This document shows positions 36,751-46,023 of a stretch of DNA of 64,000 bases, one piece after another. The position numbers and the translations under genes were made by a program. Each line of letters begins with the position of its first letter. The stretch's first letter is position 1. Source of the DNA: a virus; the IMG/VR virus record IMGVR_UViG_3300021964_000022, positions 1 through 64,000 of that record; one strand, written 5' to 3'. A model generated the notes under the pieces. That model was not told where the DNA came from, made no database searches, and saw only the letters and a list, made by a program, of their open reading frames with translations.

Positions 36751-37188
36751 TTACTTCCGCTTACCGTTATGGAAGATATCTTTCTCAGTAATAATACGAA
36801 AAAATATGCCTTTTTGTTTACACCATGCTCTAGCGGCTTCCCACTTTGCTTGGTTAAGTGCATAGTGAGCTTGATTAACCCTACTATTACCTAAACTTTC
36901 CTTTACTGCTTGATTGTCTGGTTTAACTTCAATAATTTCAACTTTGTTTTTACCTTTTTGATCTGTATATTGTATAAAAAAATCTGGAACATATATTGTA
37001 TGTTTGCCTGTGAATGGATTTCTGTAAGGTATACGTACTGCTTCACTAGCCCAACGTGCAATACTAGGACTTTCGTCACAAAATTTCATAAAGGCAAATT
37101 CCCAACTACTTCTATAAGTTGGTGTTTTTGTTCCTACATATTTTTCTGGATTTTTCGGGGCAAATTTTCCCTGTGCAAAACGGCCCAT
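36751..37188 (-). CDS. Head completion nuclease (T4 gp4-like)
   Basis: G.F.PKNPEKY.G, YRSSWE, WASE, Y.PDF, EVKP, NQAKWEAA, FRIITE. Confidence 0.9.
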   Translation of the reverse strand: MGRFAQGKFAPKNPEKYVGTKTPTYRSSWEFAFMKFCDESPSIARWASEAVRIPYRNPFTGKHTIYVPDFFIQYTDQKGKNKVEIIEVKPDNQAVKESLGNSRVNQAHYALNQAKWEAARAWCKQKGIFFRIITEKDIFHNGKRK

Positions 37189-37568
37189 TAGTAAAGGATA
37201 TTTCTTGCTTCGGTTCTATCAGCAACTTGATCAACTTTATAACCTATAGTACTGATTTTTTCTCTGTTGTAATTCATTATTTCTGTTACAACTGAACTTA
37301 ACTGTATTGAGTTTAATCCTTTTAGAGTGTCTAATAGTTCAAATACTTTTACACCATCTATTTTTGCTTGTTGCATTAATACTGCTGAAATACTTTGTGC
37401 CGCAGATTCTTCAAAGTCTCTCGCTTGAAAGAAACCAAGTACAGCATCTACTTCATTTGCTGGAAATGATAAAGGTGCTGAAAAATATTGATTGAAAAAT
37501 TGTTTTGTTTTTTCTGCATTATCAGTTGATGTACTTTTTGGTAAATTTAGTTTTAATGGTTCGGTCAT
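37188..37568 (-). CDS. Hypothetical protein (structural region)
   Basis: 126-aa ORF coupled to neighbours. Confidence 0.65.
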   Translation of the reverse strand: MTEPLKLNLPKSTSTDNAEKTKQFFNQYFSAPLSFPANEVDAVLGFFQARDFEESAAQSISAVLMQQAKIDGVKVFELLDTLKGLNSIQLSSVVTEIMNYNREKISTIGYKVDQVADRTEARNILY

Positions 37569-37572
37569 TTTA

Positions 37573-38937
37573 TTACCTTATATTTTTCAATGCATTTACA
37601 GCTGAATCATTTGCATTTTGTTTTGCGTTATCTGATAAATTATCATATGCACTTGATATGTCTTGAGGATCTGGAGATCCTCCATTTTGTAAATGTGTCT
37701 TCATAAATGTTGTTGCTTTGGCTAGTGAGCTTGTTGCATTAGGTGTTCCAGTTACACTAGTAGTTATATCTGATAGACTCTTTCCTTGTAGAAGTGCGGA
37801 TCCGCCTACTAATGCTCCTGCAATAGCAAGATCTTTTAGTCCACCATTGCCGCCGCTTTTAGAAAATACACTATTAGAAACTCCACTAACATCAATGCCT
37901 CCAACTGCTCCTATAGCATCTTTTAATATTCCAAATCCTTCTTGTCTTAGACCGCCTTTACCTATTGCTTTAGCATTTGTAACTGTATTTTTTGCTTTTA
38001 ATACAGTACCTAGTAATGCTCCAGGATTAGCAAATGCATCTCCGGATATAATATCGTTTAGTACATCAGATCCTCCTGCTAATACTCCGCCAGAACCAAA
38101 TACACTAGTACTACCTCCGCCTGCTAGTGAATTAGGACTAGGTGTAGTGTCGTAATGTTCTTGTGCAAATCCTCTAGGTGCAGATCCTTCAGCAACTGGA
38201 CCTCTTGTATAAAATACTGTTTCGTAATCAATTGACATAACACTTTGTACAAAATCACTTACAGATTGATCCATACTATCATGTTGCCATTTACTAATAA
38301 TAGGATTAATAAGTGTAAATGCTGTATAACGTTTTCTTGATAATTGGTATATTACAATACTTCTAAAAAACGGTTCAAAACTATCATTATCAAAACCATA
38401 TCTAAATTTATTATATTCTTCGCCGCCAAAGGCATTGCCTTTATTATATGGCGAAGCACTGTCGCTGGCTTGTTTGTAACCTTTTACGTTTGCAAGTGGA
38501 TTTCCTGCACTATCTACTTCAGCATAGTTACCATCTTTAAAATAGTATCTATAGTATGCTTCCCACATTGCTGTTGTAACACCAAAATTATCATCATGGA
38601 ATGTTACAGTTACTGGATCGTAGTCAATACGTTTTTGTACAACTTTCTTTTTATTGTATTGATGCTTAATATCAACATCGACACTAAACTTCGGAAGGTC
38701 AACTGCTTTTACAAGCATGTTTAATTCGTTCTGATGTTTTTCAGTAAGTTGTGGTATTACTGAACTTGCTTTTGGGTTTATATTAAACGTAACATGATAA
38801 AGAAACTTTTGTTTAGGTGCGAGTCTAAAACTGTCACCTACATACAATCTACTTGCATGTTGAAAGTCTGCTAAGTTACCCTTTGGGTTACTAGCGCCAC
38901 TAATTACGTTATCTAAAAATGATCTATTACTTGCCAT
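37573..38937 (-). CDS. Tail-tube-related baseplate protein (gp48/gp54-like) with Gly-rich C-terminus
   Basis: VKAVDLPKF..QYNKK..YDPVTVTFHDD..MSIDYE tube-fold pattern; adjacent to tail tube. Confidence 0.6.
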   Translation of the reverse strand: MASNRSFLDNVISGASNPKGNLADFQHASRLYVGDSFRLAPKQKFLYHVTFNINPKASSVIPQLTEKHQNELNMLVKAVDLPKFSVDVDIKHQYNKKKVVQKRIDYDPVTVTFHDDNFGVTTAMWEAYYRYYFKDGNYAEVDSAGNPLANVKGYKQASDSASPYNKGNAFGGEEYNKFRYGFDNDSFEPFFRSIVIYQLSRKRYTAFTLINPIISKWQHDSMDQSVSDFVQSVMSIDYETVFYTRGPVAEGSAPRGFAQEHYDTTPSPNSLAGGGSTSVFGSGGVLAGGSDVLNDIISGDAFANPGALLGTVLKAKNTVTNAKAIGKGGLRQEGFGILKDAIGAVGGIDVSGVSNSVFSKSGGNGGLKDLAIAGALVGGSALLQGKSLSDITTSVTGTPNATSSLAKATTFMKTHLQNGGSPDPQDISSAYDNLSDNAKQNANDSAVNALKNIR

Positions 38938-38975
38938 ACTAATATTTATCCTTTGATATTAAGTATGTAGATAAT

Positions 38976-39000
38976 AAAAAAGGGAGCCGTAGCTCCCTTA
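38976..39000 (-). terminator. Rho-independent terminator after the tail tube gene (cUACGg loop)
   Basis: Minus strand AAGGGAGC-TACG-GCTCCCTT-TTTT. Confidence 0.85.
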
Positions 39001-39025
39001 AATATTGTTAAACACTCTCTAATTT

Positions 39026-39655
39026 TTAAAGACCGCCAGCGCCAGTTGCTAGAGTATTAACTGTACGACCGATTGCTGTTCCAATTCCACTACCTTGTGG
39101 TGATTGTATTGCGTTATCGTATCTTATGCTCAACTGTACAGTTACTGGTTCTGATGAGCTGTATGCTAAAGTATTGTAGTTCGCACTTTCAATGAAACAT
39201 CCATATAGTTCAAATGTTTCTAGTACTGTTACAGCGTTAGCACCGTTACCACCATCGGTAACTTCTATTCTTGTAACAAACTTATAGTCTGTACCAGACG
39301 CCGCAGATGACTGTTCGAAAAAATCGAACTGTTTCTGTAGTTGTTCGCCAACTAGTTTTTGTACGTTGTTACTTACATCATCACGTAGTGTTAATGTAAT
39401 TGCTTCCCAAGTATGTTTACCTGCATAGTAAACTTTTGAGTTGTAAACGTCCAATGTCATATTTTCAAATGACAAGTTGGGTCTTGTTACATCTTGTACT
39501 TGCTTCGTTAGTTCTGTTGTCGGTGTAGAAACTCCAAATCCTTCTAGAAATACTCTAAAGCGGTATTGTAATTTCGGCATCAACAGGCCTTGATTGGATG
39601 CAGAAGCGTTGCTATCCAAAGGCACAGTTAGTTTTGAGAGTGTTGAAATTGCCAT
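39026..39655 (-). CDS. Tail tube protein (gp19-like)
   Basis: PKLQYRFRV, RPNLSFE, YYAGK.TWE.ITLT.RDD, L.IRYD; follows sheath. Confidence 0.85.
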   Translation of the reverse strand: MAISTLSKLTVPLDSNASASNQGLLMPKLQYRFRVFLEGFGVSTPTTELTKQVQDVTRPNLSFENMTLDVYNSKVYYAGKHTWEAITLTLRDDVSNNVQKLVGEQLQKQFDFFEQSSAASGTDYKFVTRIEVTDGGNGANAVTVLETFELYGCFIESANYNTLAYSSSEPVTVQLSIRYDNAIQSPQGSGIGTAIGRTVNTLATGAGGL

Positions 39656-39687
39656 GTTATATGCTCCTGTTATATATATTTATCAAC

Positions 39688-42600
39688 TTATAGACCTGCT
39701 ATTTCGCCAGTATTTTTCAAGCGTAGTGGTATGTAGATAAATTCAACTGCTTTCACAGGTTCTATTGCAATATCTACATGCAACTCATTACGATCAATTC
39801 TATTTGGTGTGTTGTTTGATTCATCACACACAACTAGGAAATCGTAAAGTGCTCTTTGACCGACTAATTCTAATAGTAGTGCATCTACTTGCTGTTTCAT
39901 TTCGTCTCTAGTGATTTTGTCATTAGGTTCAAAAATGAACGGCTTAGCAAGTTTGTTTAACTGTGAACGTAAGTAAATTACAAGTCTTGAAACGTTAATT
40001 CTATCTAATGAACTAGCATTTCTTGCACGAGTCTTTTGTCCAAAGTTAACAAGTCCTGCACCTGTTAAGAACGTAATTGGGTTAATGTTAAGTGAGTATA
40101 ATGTATCACGTTGACCTTCGTTCAACGCTACACTTACAAATTCGCCTTCTGCGTCAATGTAACCTGCCGCACTTGCGTTTGTAATTCCACCACGTCTTGT
40201 TCCTGCTGGAGCAAACCATGGAAACGATACTTGATCACTTAATGCAAACGTTCTTAGTATACCATGTGATGCTGGAACAACTACGTTGTTACCTGCGTTA
40301 TCACTTGTAAATAAGCTAGGATAAAATACACCTAAGTATTCATCTCTAGACACTAGTCCATTATCATTATCTTCAACTGCTAGAGCAACGTTGTTACCCC
40401 AGTCGTTAAGTGATGTTGCATCTGGTGTTAGTCTCATTGGACTGTCACCTACGATAAATGCTGTTAAACCTCTATCATTGTTAAGTGCAATCATTTCACC
40501 AATTAGTTCTGGATAGTTTGGAGTTGCCATTACGTTAAACAGTCTAGACTCATCGTCTCTAATGTCTTGGTTGCTGTTAACAAGAGCTTGTAGTGCTTGT
40601 ACAACAACTTTACGCTGTGCTTTACGTCCAAATGTACCTGAACCGTCTTCTTGGTTAGCTGATTCTGTTACCCAACGATGTGTGTAGTATGCGTCCATTG
40701 ACTCGTCGTTAAAACGTTCGTTGTCATTTGCAGTGTTAACATAGTTTCTTACAAATTTCTTAACGTTAAATCCGCTTCTACGTAAGTTCCATAACAACAT
40801 ACCTTTTGGATATAGTGCTGGATCCGGTGCATCAAAATCTAAGAAGTTACTTGCCATTAAGTCTGCAATACTTGCCGCTGTTGCACTATTAGCACCATTT
40901 GTGCCATAACGTGCGTCTGCAAAAAGAATTCCATCTTCTGTAGTTTGATCGCCTTCGTCTACCAAGTTCCATTTAGCAGTTGCCGCATTATACTTGTAGA
41001 TAGTTGGATAGTTTTCAATGTCTGCTGTATCAATCCAAAGATCGCCTGTTTTTAGTGCTGTACCATCTGACTGTTTAGTTGGTTCAGTTGCTGAAACAAG
41101 TGGTCCTGCTGGATCTGTTTTCTCAGCCGCATCTGAATTGTATACTGGGCTAGTTGCGTCTTGGTAACCTACCCAAGTACTACCATTGTGTATCATGATA
41201 TCTACTTCGTCAACAATTGAGTTGTACCATAGTGTACCATTTGCCGCTAGTGCATTTGGTGCATCTTCTGATGCTGTATAACTTAATACTTTCCAGTTAG
41301 TTGCTACAAAATCAAATGTACTATCACCTGATGGTGCTGAGTACAAATTAGGTGTACCTGTATTTGAATCAACAAATGCACTAAATCCTAAAGTTGTTAG
41401 GAAAGTTGCTGTGTTAATTAATCTAAAGTCACCTGCTTTTGAGTGTGCAATTACAACTCTGTTTTGTGCATCAACACTTGCTGTAACGTTAGTTAATCCA
41501 GCTCCGTTAATGCCCTCAGCGATTGTCTCTGCATCGCCTGATGTTCCATCTAATGTAAGTGTAACTGTTTTTGTTGCACTTAAAGTTGACGAACCTACAG
41601 TTGTTTCTGCGATTCCAAATTGATGTGGACCACTAGCAAACATACCTGTAGTTACTGCTGAACTTGTAATTGTTGTTGGACTTGCACTTATTCTTCTAAA
41701 GATTTTAAAATCAAACAAGCTAGTTGAACTTTCGCCTATGTTGGTTTGTGCGTACAATGTACCAACTGCTAGGTTTTGTCCACCACCTGTTTTATCAAGT
41801 GTATTAAGTGCAGTCATATTGTCAGCGTACATTGGTACTGGAGAATCTACCCAAAGTTTAGTAGTATCGTTCCATACCTTTGCACGAACCTTTGCACCTA
41901 AGTTTGGATCAGTTGTCTTAAACCAAATTGAACCAGTTGGGCGTGATTGAGTATCAGTTGTTTTGAACTCAGGCACACTTGTATGTGGTGCAATACTTAG
42001 TGCTGGTGCATAATATGAACCTGCTGTTAGTCCTAAAGTAGTAAGTGGAGTACCAGTATCATTTGATAGTGTTAGGTTTGCACCTGAACTGTCATCTGCT
42101 TCTGTTCCATTACTAAAAAGTGTAATCTTATTATCTTGTACTTTGGCTGTAATACCTGTAGTAGCTGTAACAACATTAATGTCTGCAACAACTTGTGTTA
42201 GCGTAGTACCTGTGAATGCAACTCTTGTTGAGTTAATATCAATTGCATCGCCTATTGTAAATGTTGCACTTGCTGAAGCAACGCTTCCTTGTATTGTTGG
42301 CCAGCTATTTGCCCAAGCACTTGAGCCAACTTTAACCCATGCATTATCTGCATTTTTGTAATACAGTCTATTCCAAGTTGTAGTTGCTACTAGTACATAA
42401 TCGCCTATTGCTCCTATACTTGGTTTTGGATTAGATGTTGCATCGCCGCCTACTAATTTTGATTTATCAGTAATTACTGTAGGTACTTTATTTGTAAAAG
42501 TTTGTCCGCCAGTTGTTGTAATGCCATTACCATTCCACTCAAAAATTCCATATCTTGAAATCTGTGTGTCTAGCCAGTAAGTGCCATCTGCTGGATTTGC

Positions 42601-42981
42601 ACTTGGTGCATTCGCTGATGGATTAAGTTGACCTGTGTCAACATCTGCTCTTACTACATATGCTCTGCTCGCTACGCCTAAGTATGAGTAAGCCGCTTGT
42701 AGTCCATATTCATTAAGCTCTCCGCCATGAACTGGATTGTTATTTGAATCAATTTGAAAGCTAGGGTCGCCAAATAAATCTGTTAGCTCACGCTGTGAAG
42801 TAACCAAGAAAGGTTTTCCAGCATTTGCTTTTGTAGTCGCTGTAGCAGTGCCTGTTCCTGCACCGTTTGTTTTGTCTTGTCCAGATACTACAAAGATCAT
42901 TGGAACTGTTCCCGGCTCTGCAGGGGTGTAGAAACTTTCGTCTATTACACTAACCTGTACACCTGGTGATACTAATGCCAT
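39688..42981 (-). CDS. Tail sheath protein (gp18-like) with large insertion
   Basis: MALVSPGVQVSVIDES start; PWFAPAG.RRG, LY..NINPI, GQKT, LDRINVSRL, FEPND..TR, P.KA.EFI. Confidence 0.95.
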   Translation of the reverse strand: MALVSPGVQVSVIDESFYTPAEPGTVPMIFVVSGQDKTNGAGTGTATATTKANAGKPFLVTSQRELTDLFGDPSFQIDSNNNPVHGGELNEYGLQAAYSYLGVASRAYVVRADVDTGQLNPSANAPSANPADGTYWLDTQISRYGIFEWNGNGITTTGGQTFTNKVPTVITDKSKLVGGDATSNPKPSIGAIGDYVLVATTTWNRLYYKNADNAWVKVGSSAWANSWPTIQGSVASASATFTIGDAIDINSTRVAFTGTTLTQVVADINVVTATTGITAKVQDNKITLFSNGTEADDSSGANLTLSNDTGTPLTTLGLTAGSYYAPALSIAPHTSVPEFKTTDTQSRPTGSIWFKTTDPNLGAKVRAKVWNDTTKLWVDSPVPMYADNMTALNTLDKTGGGQNLAVGTLYAQTNIGESSTSLFDFKIFRRISASPTTITSSAVTTGMFASGPHQFGIAETTVGSSTLSATKTVTLTLDGTSGDAETIAEGINGAGLTNVTASVDAQNRVVIAHSKAGDFRLINTATFLTTLGFSAFVDSNTGTPNLYSAPSGDSTFDFVATNWKVLSYTASEDAPNALAANGTLWYNSIVDEVDIMIHNGSTWVGYQDATSPVYNSDAAEKTDPAGPLVSATEPTKQSDGTALKTGDLWIDTADIENYPTIYKYNAATAKWNLVDEGDQTTEDGILFADARYGTNGANSATAASIADLMASNFLDFDAPDPALYPKGMLLWNLRRSGFNVKKFVRNYVNTANDNERFNDESMDAYYTHRWVTESANQEDGSGTFGRKAQRKVVVQALQALVNSNQDIRDDESRLFNVMATPNYPELIGEMIALNNDRGLTAFIVGDSPMRLTPDATSLNDWGNNVALAVEDNDNGLVSRDEYLGVFYPSLFTSDNAGNNVVVPASHGILRTFALSDQVSFPWFAPAGTRRGGITNASAAGYIDAEGEFVSVALNEGQRDTLYSLNINPITFLTGAGLVNFGQKTRARNASSLDRINVSRLVIYLRSQLNKLAKPFIFEPNDKITRDEMKQQVDALLLELVGQRALYDFLVVCDESNNTPNRIDRNELHVDIAIEPVKAVEFIYIPLRLKNTGEIAGL

Positions 42982-43098
42982 TATATTTCTCCTGTACGCA
43001 TTTTGTTATTACATGTATTTATACGTTGTATGATAAAAAGTCCTATAATACACCTAATAAAAGGGGCCAAAAAGGTTGCCTTTTGATTAAATACATGT

Positions 43099-43437
43099 AT
43101 GAGACCACTATGTCAATGCGGTTTTAGACCTGCCGCTGTAAACTATAAAAAAGGTAAGAAAACTTACTATCGTAGGCAATGCGAAGTGTGCCTACATCAC
43201 GGTAAAATAAAATACGGTATACCTAGATGGATACAAGCAGGTTATAAAAAACAATCAATATGCGAAAAATGTGGATTTAAGTCTACTAGTGAAAAACAAT
43301 TAGATGTATTCCATATAGATGGTGATATGAATAATTGTAGACACAATAATTTAAAAACAGTGTGTGCTAATTGCCAACGGGTGTTGTATCAAGAAGGCGT
43401 GAAGTGGAAGCAAGGTGACCTTGTACCAGACTTTTAA
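43099..43437 (+). CDS. Zn-binding HNH-like protein with degenerate catalytic motif
   Basis: CQC, CEVC, CEKC, LDVFHIDGDMNNC..NNLKTVCANCQR. Confidence 0.75.
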   Translation: MRPLCQCGFRPAAVNYKKGKKTYYRRQCEVCLHHGKIKYGIPRWIQAGYKKQSICEKCGFKSTSEKQLDVFHIDGDMNNCRHNNLKTVCANCQRVLYQEGVKWKQGDLVPDF

Positions 43438-43993
43438 GCTGATCTATAGTACCATTGTTATCAACAACATAATTAAAATCTACGTTTGCCCATTTCCATT
43501 CTGAAGGATGTGCTTCTTTAGGTTCAACACCAATGTCTTGATACATACGGAACCATACAGGATCTGGACCTCTGCGTATGCGCCAAACTTCGCCGTGTAT
43601 ACTTTTAATCATATTTGCTTCATTGTCAAACCGTACATCAGGTATTACAAAGTTTGTGTTAGGATTATCAACAATATGCTTCTTAACTAAACTAACCCAT
43701 ATTCCGTCATAGAATCCATTACGCATACATTCTGTACCGAATAATTGTAATATTGATCTAGGAGTAACAGTTGTACCTGTTTCAGAAGACCAAAACTCAT
43801 CTTTGCGTTCTCGCCAAACTCTACTACTATCTGTATCGCCTTCGAGCATTTCTCGATCCCAACCAAATACAGTAGCTACACCGTCTTTAAGTTTATCTGC
43901 AAAAGATAGTTTTTGATATCCGTATTGTTCTACAAGTATGTCTGCAACTGTTCCTTTACCGCTACCGATTAACCCACATATACCTATGATCAT
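43367..43993 (-). CDS. Deoxynucleoside monophosphate kinase (gp1-like)
   Basis: IIGICGLIGSGKGT, SFADKLK, PRSILQLFGTE, DVRF.NE, HPSE. Confidence 0.92.
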   Translation of the reverse strand: MIIGICGLIGSGKGTVADILVEQYGYQKLSFADKLKDGVATVFGWDREMLEGDTDSSRVWRERKDEFWSSETGTTVTPRSILQLFGTECMRNGFYDGIWVSLVKKHIVDNPNTNFVIPDVRFDNEANMIKSIHGEVWRIRRGPDPVWFRMYQDIGVEPKEAHPSEWKWANVDFNYVVDNNGTIDQLKSLVQGHLASTSRLLDTTPVGN

Positions 43994-44018
43994 AAAAATT
44001 CCTTATTGTTAAACTTAC

Positions 44019-44047
44019 ATTATACAATAGATTTATTCGAATGTCAA
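44019..44047 (-). promoter_or_regulatory. Perfect sigma70 promoter for dNMP kinase
   Basis: Minus strand aaaaaacacTTGACAttcgaataaatctattgTATAAT, 17-nt spacer. Confidence 0.85.
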
Positions 44048-44054
44048 GTGTTTT

Positions 44055-44813
44055 TTAACCGATTGTGAATCCGTAGCCAACGCCGCCGGCAACTTGTAGT
44101 GCCACATCAGCTTCAAGTTTTTCCATTTCAGCTTGTGCTTCAGCTTTGAGTGCGTCACCATTAAGTGCTGAACCGCCTTGTGGACCAGCAATAGTAGCAA
44201 ATTTGCTACGTGCTTCACCTAGCATAAACTTACATCCTGCAAGTGTATAATCTTTAATCCACTGTACAGCTAGGTAATCTTTTAATAATTCTTCATCTGG
44301 TCTGTAGTTATACGCATAAAGTAATAGTTCTTCTTCTGCTCTAGGTCTTTGAAGCATAGTAAGTTTCTTTGTTGTAGTATTCCAATTAAATTCAATAAAG
44401 CTACCAAACATTCTACCTACTAGTTCTTGATAACTTGCAAATTGATTATATGTAGCAAGTCCGCCTGTATTACTACTTGCTAACAAATATGTATTTGTGT
44501 ATGCTAAATTGAAAGGTTCAAACAGTGTGCCGCCATCGCCGCCGCCTGTACGTGAACCAACTGATCTTCGAAATATTTTTCGTACTTCAATAACTTCATT
44601 TGGTAAGGTGTATTCGTTTTGGTCAATTACTGTTGGAAGAAATAGATATGATTCTTCTACACTATTATCAGACTTTTGACGGAACTTTGTGAGTGCCTTT
44701 GTCAATGCTGTTTCATAATGTATAGGATCTAGTTCAACATCAACCATTCCTCCTCCGAGAAACGCCTCAACGTAGTCAAATACTTCTTTTTTTTGTGTTT
44801 TTAAGTCGGCCAT
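44055..44813 (-). CDS. Neck protein (gp13-like head-tail adaptor)
   Basis: LG...VDVEL, W.KDYTLA..K..LGEARSKF...GPQGG..LNG. Confidence 0.85.
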   Translation of the reverse strand: MADLKTQKKEVFDYVEAFLGGGMVDVELDPIHYETALTKALTKFRQKSDNSVEESYLFLPTVIDQNEYTLPNEVIEVRKIFRRSVGSRTGGGDGGTLFEPFNLAYTNTYLLASSNTGGLATYNQFASYQELVGRMFGSFIEFNWNTTTKKLTMLQRPRAEEELLLYAYNYRPDEELLKDYLAVQWIKDYTLAGCKFMLGEARSKFATIAGPQGGSALNGDALKAEAQAEMEKLEADVALQVAGGVGYGFTIG

Positions 44814-44833
44814 AGCTCTTCCTTTTGATATAG

Positions 44834-44854
44834 TATTTATCGTTACGATAAATA
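44834..44854. promoter_or_regulatory. Back-to-back late promoters forming a 9-bp palindrome between gp13 and gp14
   Basis: TATTTATCG-tta-CGATAAATA; plus copy 5 nt before ATG 44860. Confidence 0.7.
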
Positions 44855-44859
44855 TGTGT

Positions 44860-46023
44860 ATGCCAAGACTATCATTATATAAACCAGAAAAGGGCAAAGA
44901 TTACAACTTCCTAGACAAAACTATAACAGAAATGTTTACAGTTGGAGGAACAGACGTATTTTTGCACAAATATTTAGGACCTAAAAACCCTGATGAAGCA
45001 GATGCTACCGCAGGTACGCCTCGGTATGATGCTGTCAAAGAAACCAACATTCAGGATATGATATTTCTTGAAAACAGAGATCGAAAATACGACCCAGATG
45101 TGTATACACTTCGTGGTATTTACAATGTTCAAGATGTTGATTTCGATCTAAGTGCATTTGGATTATTTTTACAAAATGACACGTTGTTTATGACTGTACC
45201 AATTAATTACAGTGTAAGAGCAATTGGTAGAAAAATTATGCCAGGTGACGTTATAGAATTACCTCACATGAAAGACGAATATGCGGCGAACGATTACAAT
45301 GTTGCATTGAAAAGATTTTATGTTGTAGAAGATATAAACAGAGCAAGTGAAGGATTTTCACCTACATGGTACCCTCACTTGTATAGACTAAAATTAAAAC
45401 AGATTGTTGACAGTCAAGAATATAAAGAAATACTTGACTTACCTGCTGAAGAAGGTAGTAGTCAAAGTTTACGTGACGTGCTTAGTACATATGAAAAAGA
45501 AATGCAAATTAATAATGCTGTACTTGCTCAAGCAGAAGCTGATGCTCCAAAATCAGGTTACGATACATCACATTTATATACACTACAAGTCGACGATAGC
45601 GGGCGTCCGGAAGTAGTTACAACTGATATTACAGATGTTGATGCCAGCGTTGATACAACAAACTTCGATGCAAGTAGACTAGATCAAACTCCAGAACGTG
45701 AAGGATACACTGGTTACCTTATTGGTGACGGTATTGCACCTAACGGAGAAGCATTTGGACACGGAATTAGTTTTCCAACTTCAAGTGTTAAAGGCGATTA
45801 TTTTTTAAGAACTGACTATATGCCAAATAGATTATTTAGATACGACAGTCAAAGATGGGTTAAGATGGAAGATGCAGTACGTATGACAATGTCAAATACA
45901 GATACACGTAAAACACAAAAAACTGACTTTATCAATAATACCGCAACTAATACTATTAGCGGTGAGCAGGTTGAAGAAAGACAAAGTTTAAGTAAGGCGT
46001 TAAAGCCTAAGGCGGATAATTAA
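44860..46023 (+). CDS. Neck / head-closure protein (gp14-like) with C-terminal extension
   Basis: ENRDRKY, LSAFGLF, GRK.MPGDVIELPH; divergent from gp13. Confidence 0.7.
   Translation: MPRLSLYKPEKGKDYNFLDKTITEMFTVGGTDVFLHKYLGPKNPDEADATAGTPRYDAVKETNIQDMIFLENRDRKYDPDVYTLRGIYNVQDVDFDLSAFGLFLQNDTLFMTVPINYSVRAIGRKIMPGDVIELPHMKDEYAANDYNVALKRFYVVEDINRASEGFSPTWYPHLYRLKLKQIVDSQEYKEILDLPAEEGSSQSLRDVLSTYEKEMQINNAVLAQAEADAPKSGYDTSHLYTLQVDDSGRPEVVTTDITDVDASVDTTNFDASRLDQTPEREGYTGYLIGDGIAPNGEAFGHGISFPTSSVKGDYFLRTDYMPNRLFRYDSQRWVKMEDAVRMTMSNTDTRKTQKTDFINNTATNTISGEQVEERQSLSKALKPKADN

Noticed and set aside
36751-37188. TnsA transposase / mobile element
   Set aside because: Motifs and position match T4 gp4 head-completion nuclease, which shares that fold; no other transposon genes or ends
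43058-43084. Hairpin between the sheath and HNH-like genes
   Set aside because: Imperfect stem lying between divergent promoters; no clear terminator role
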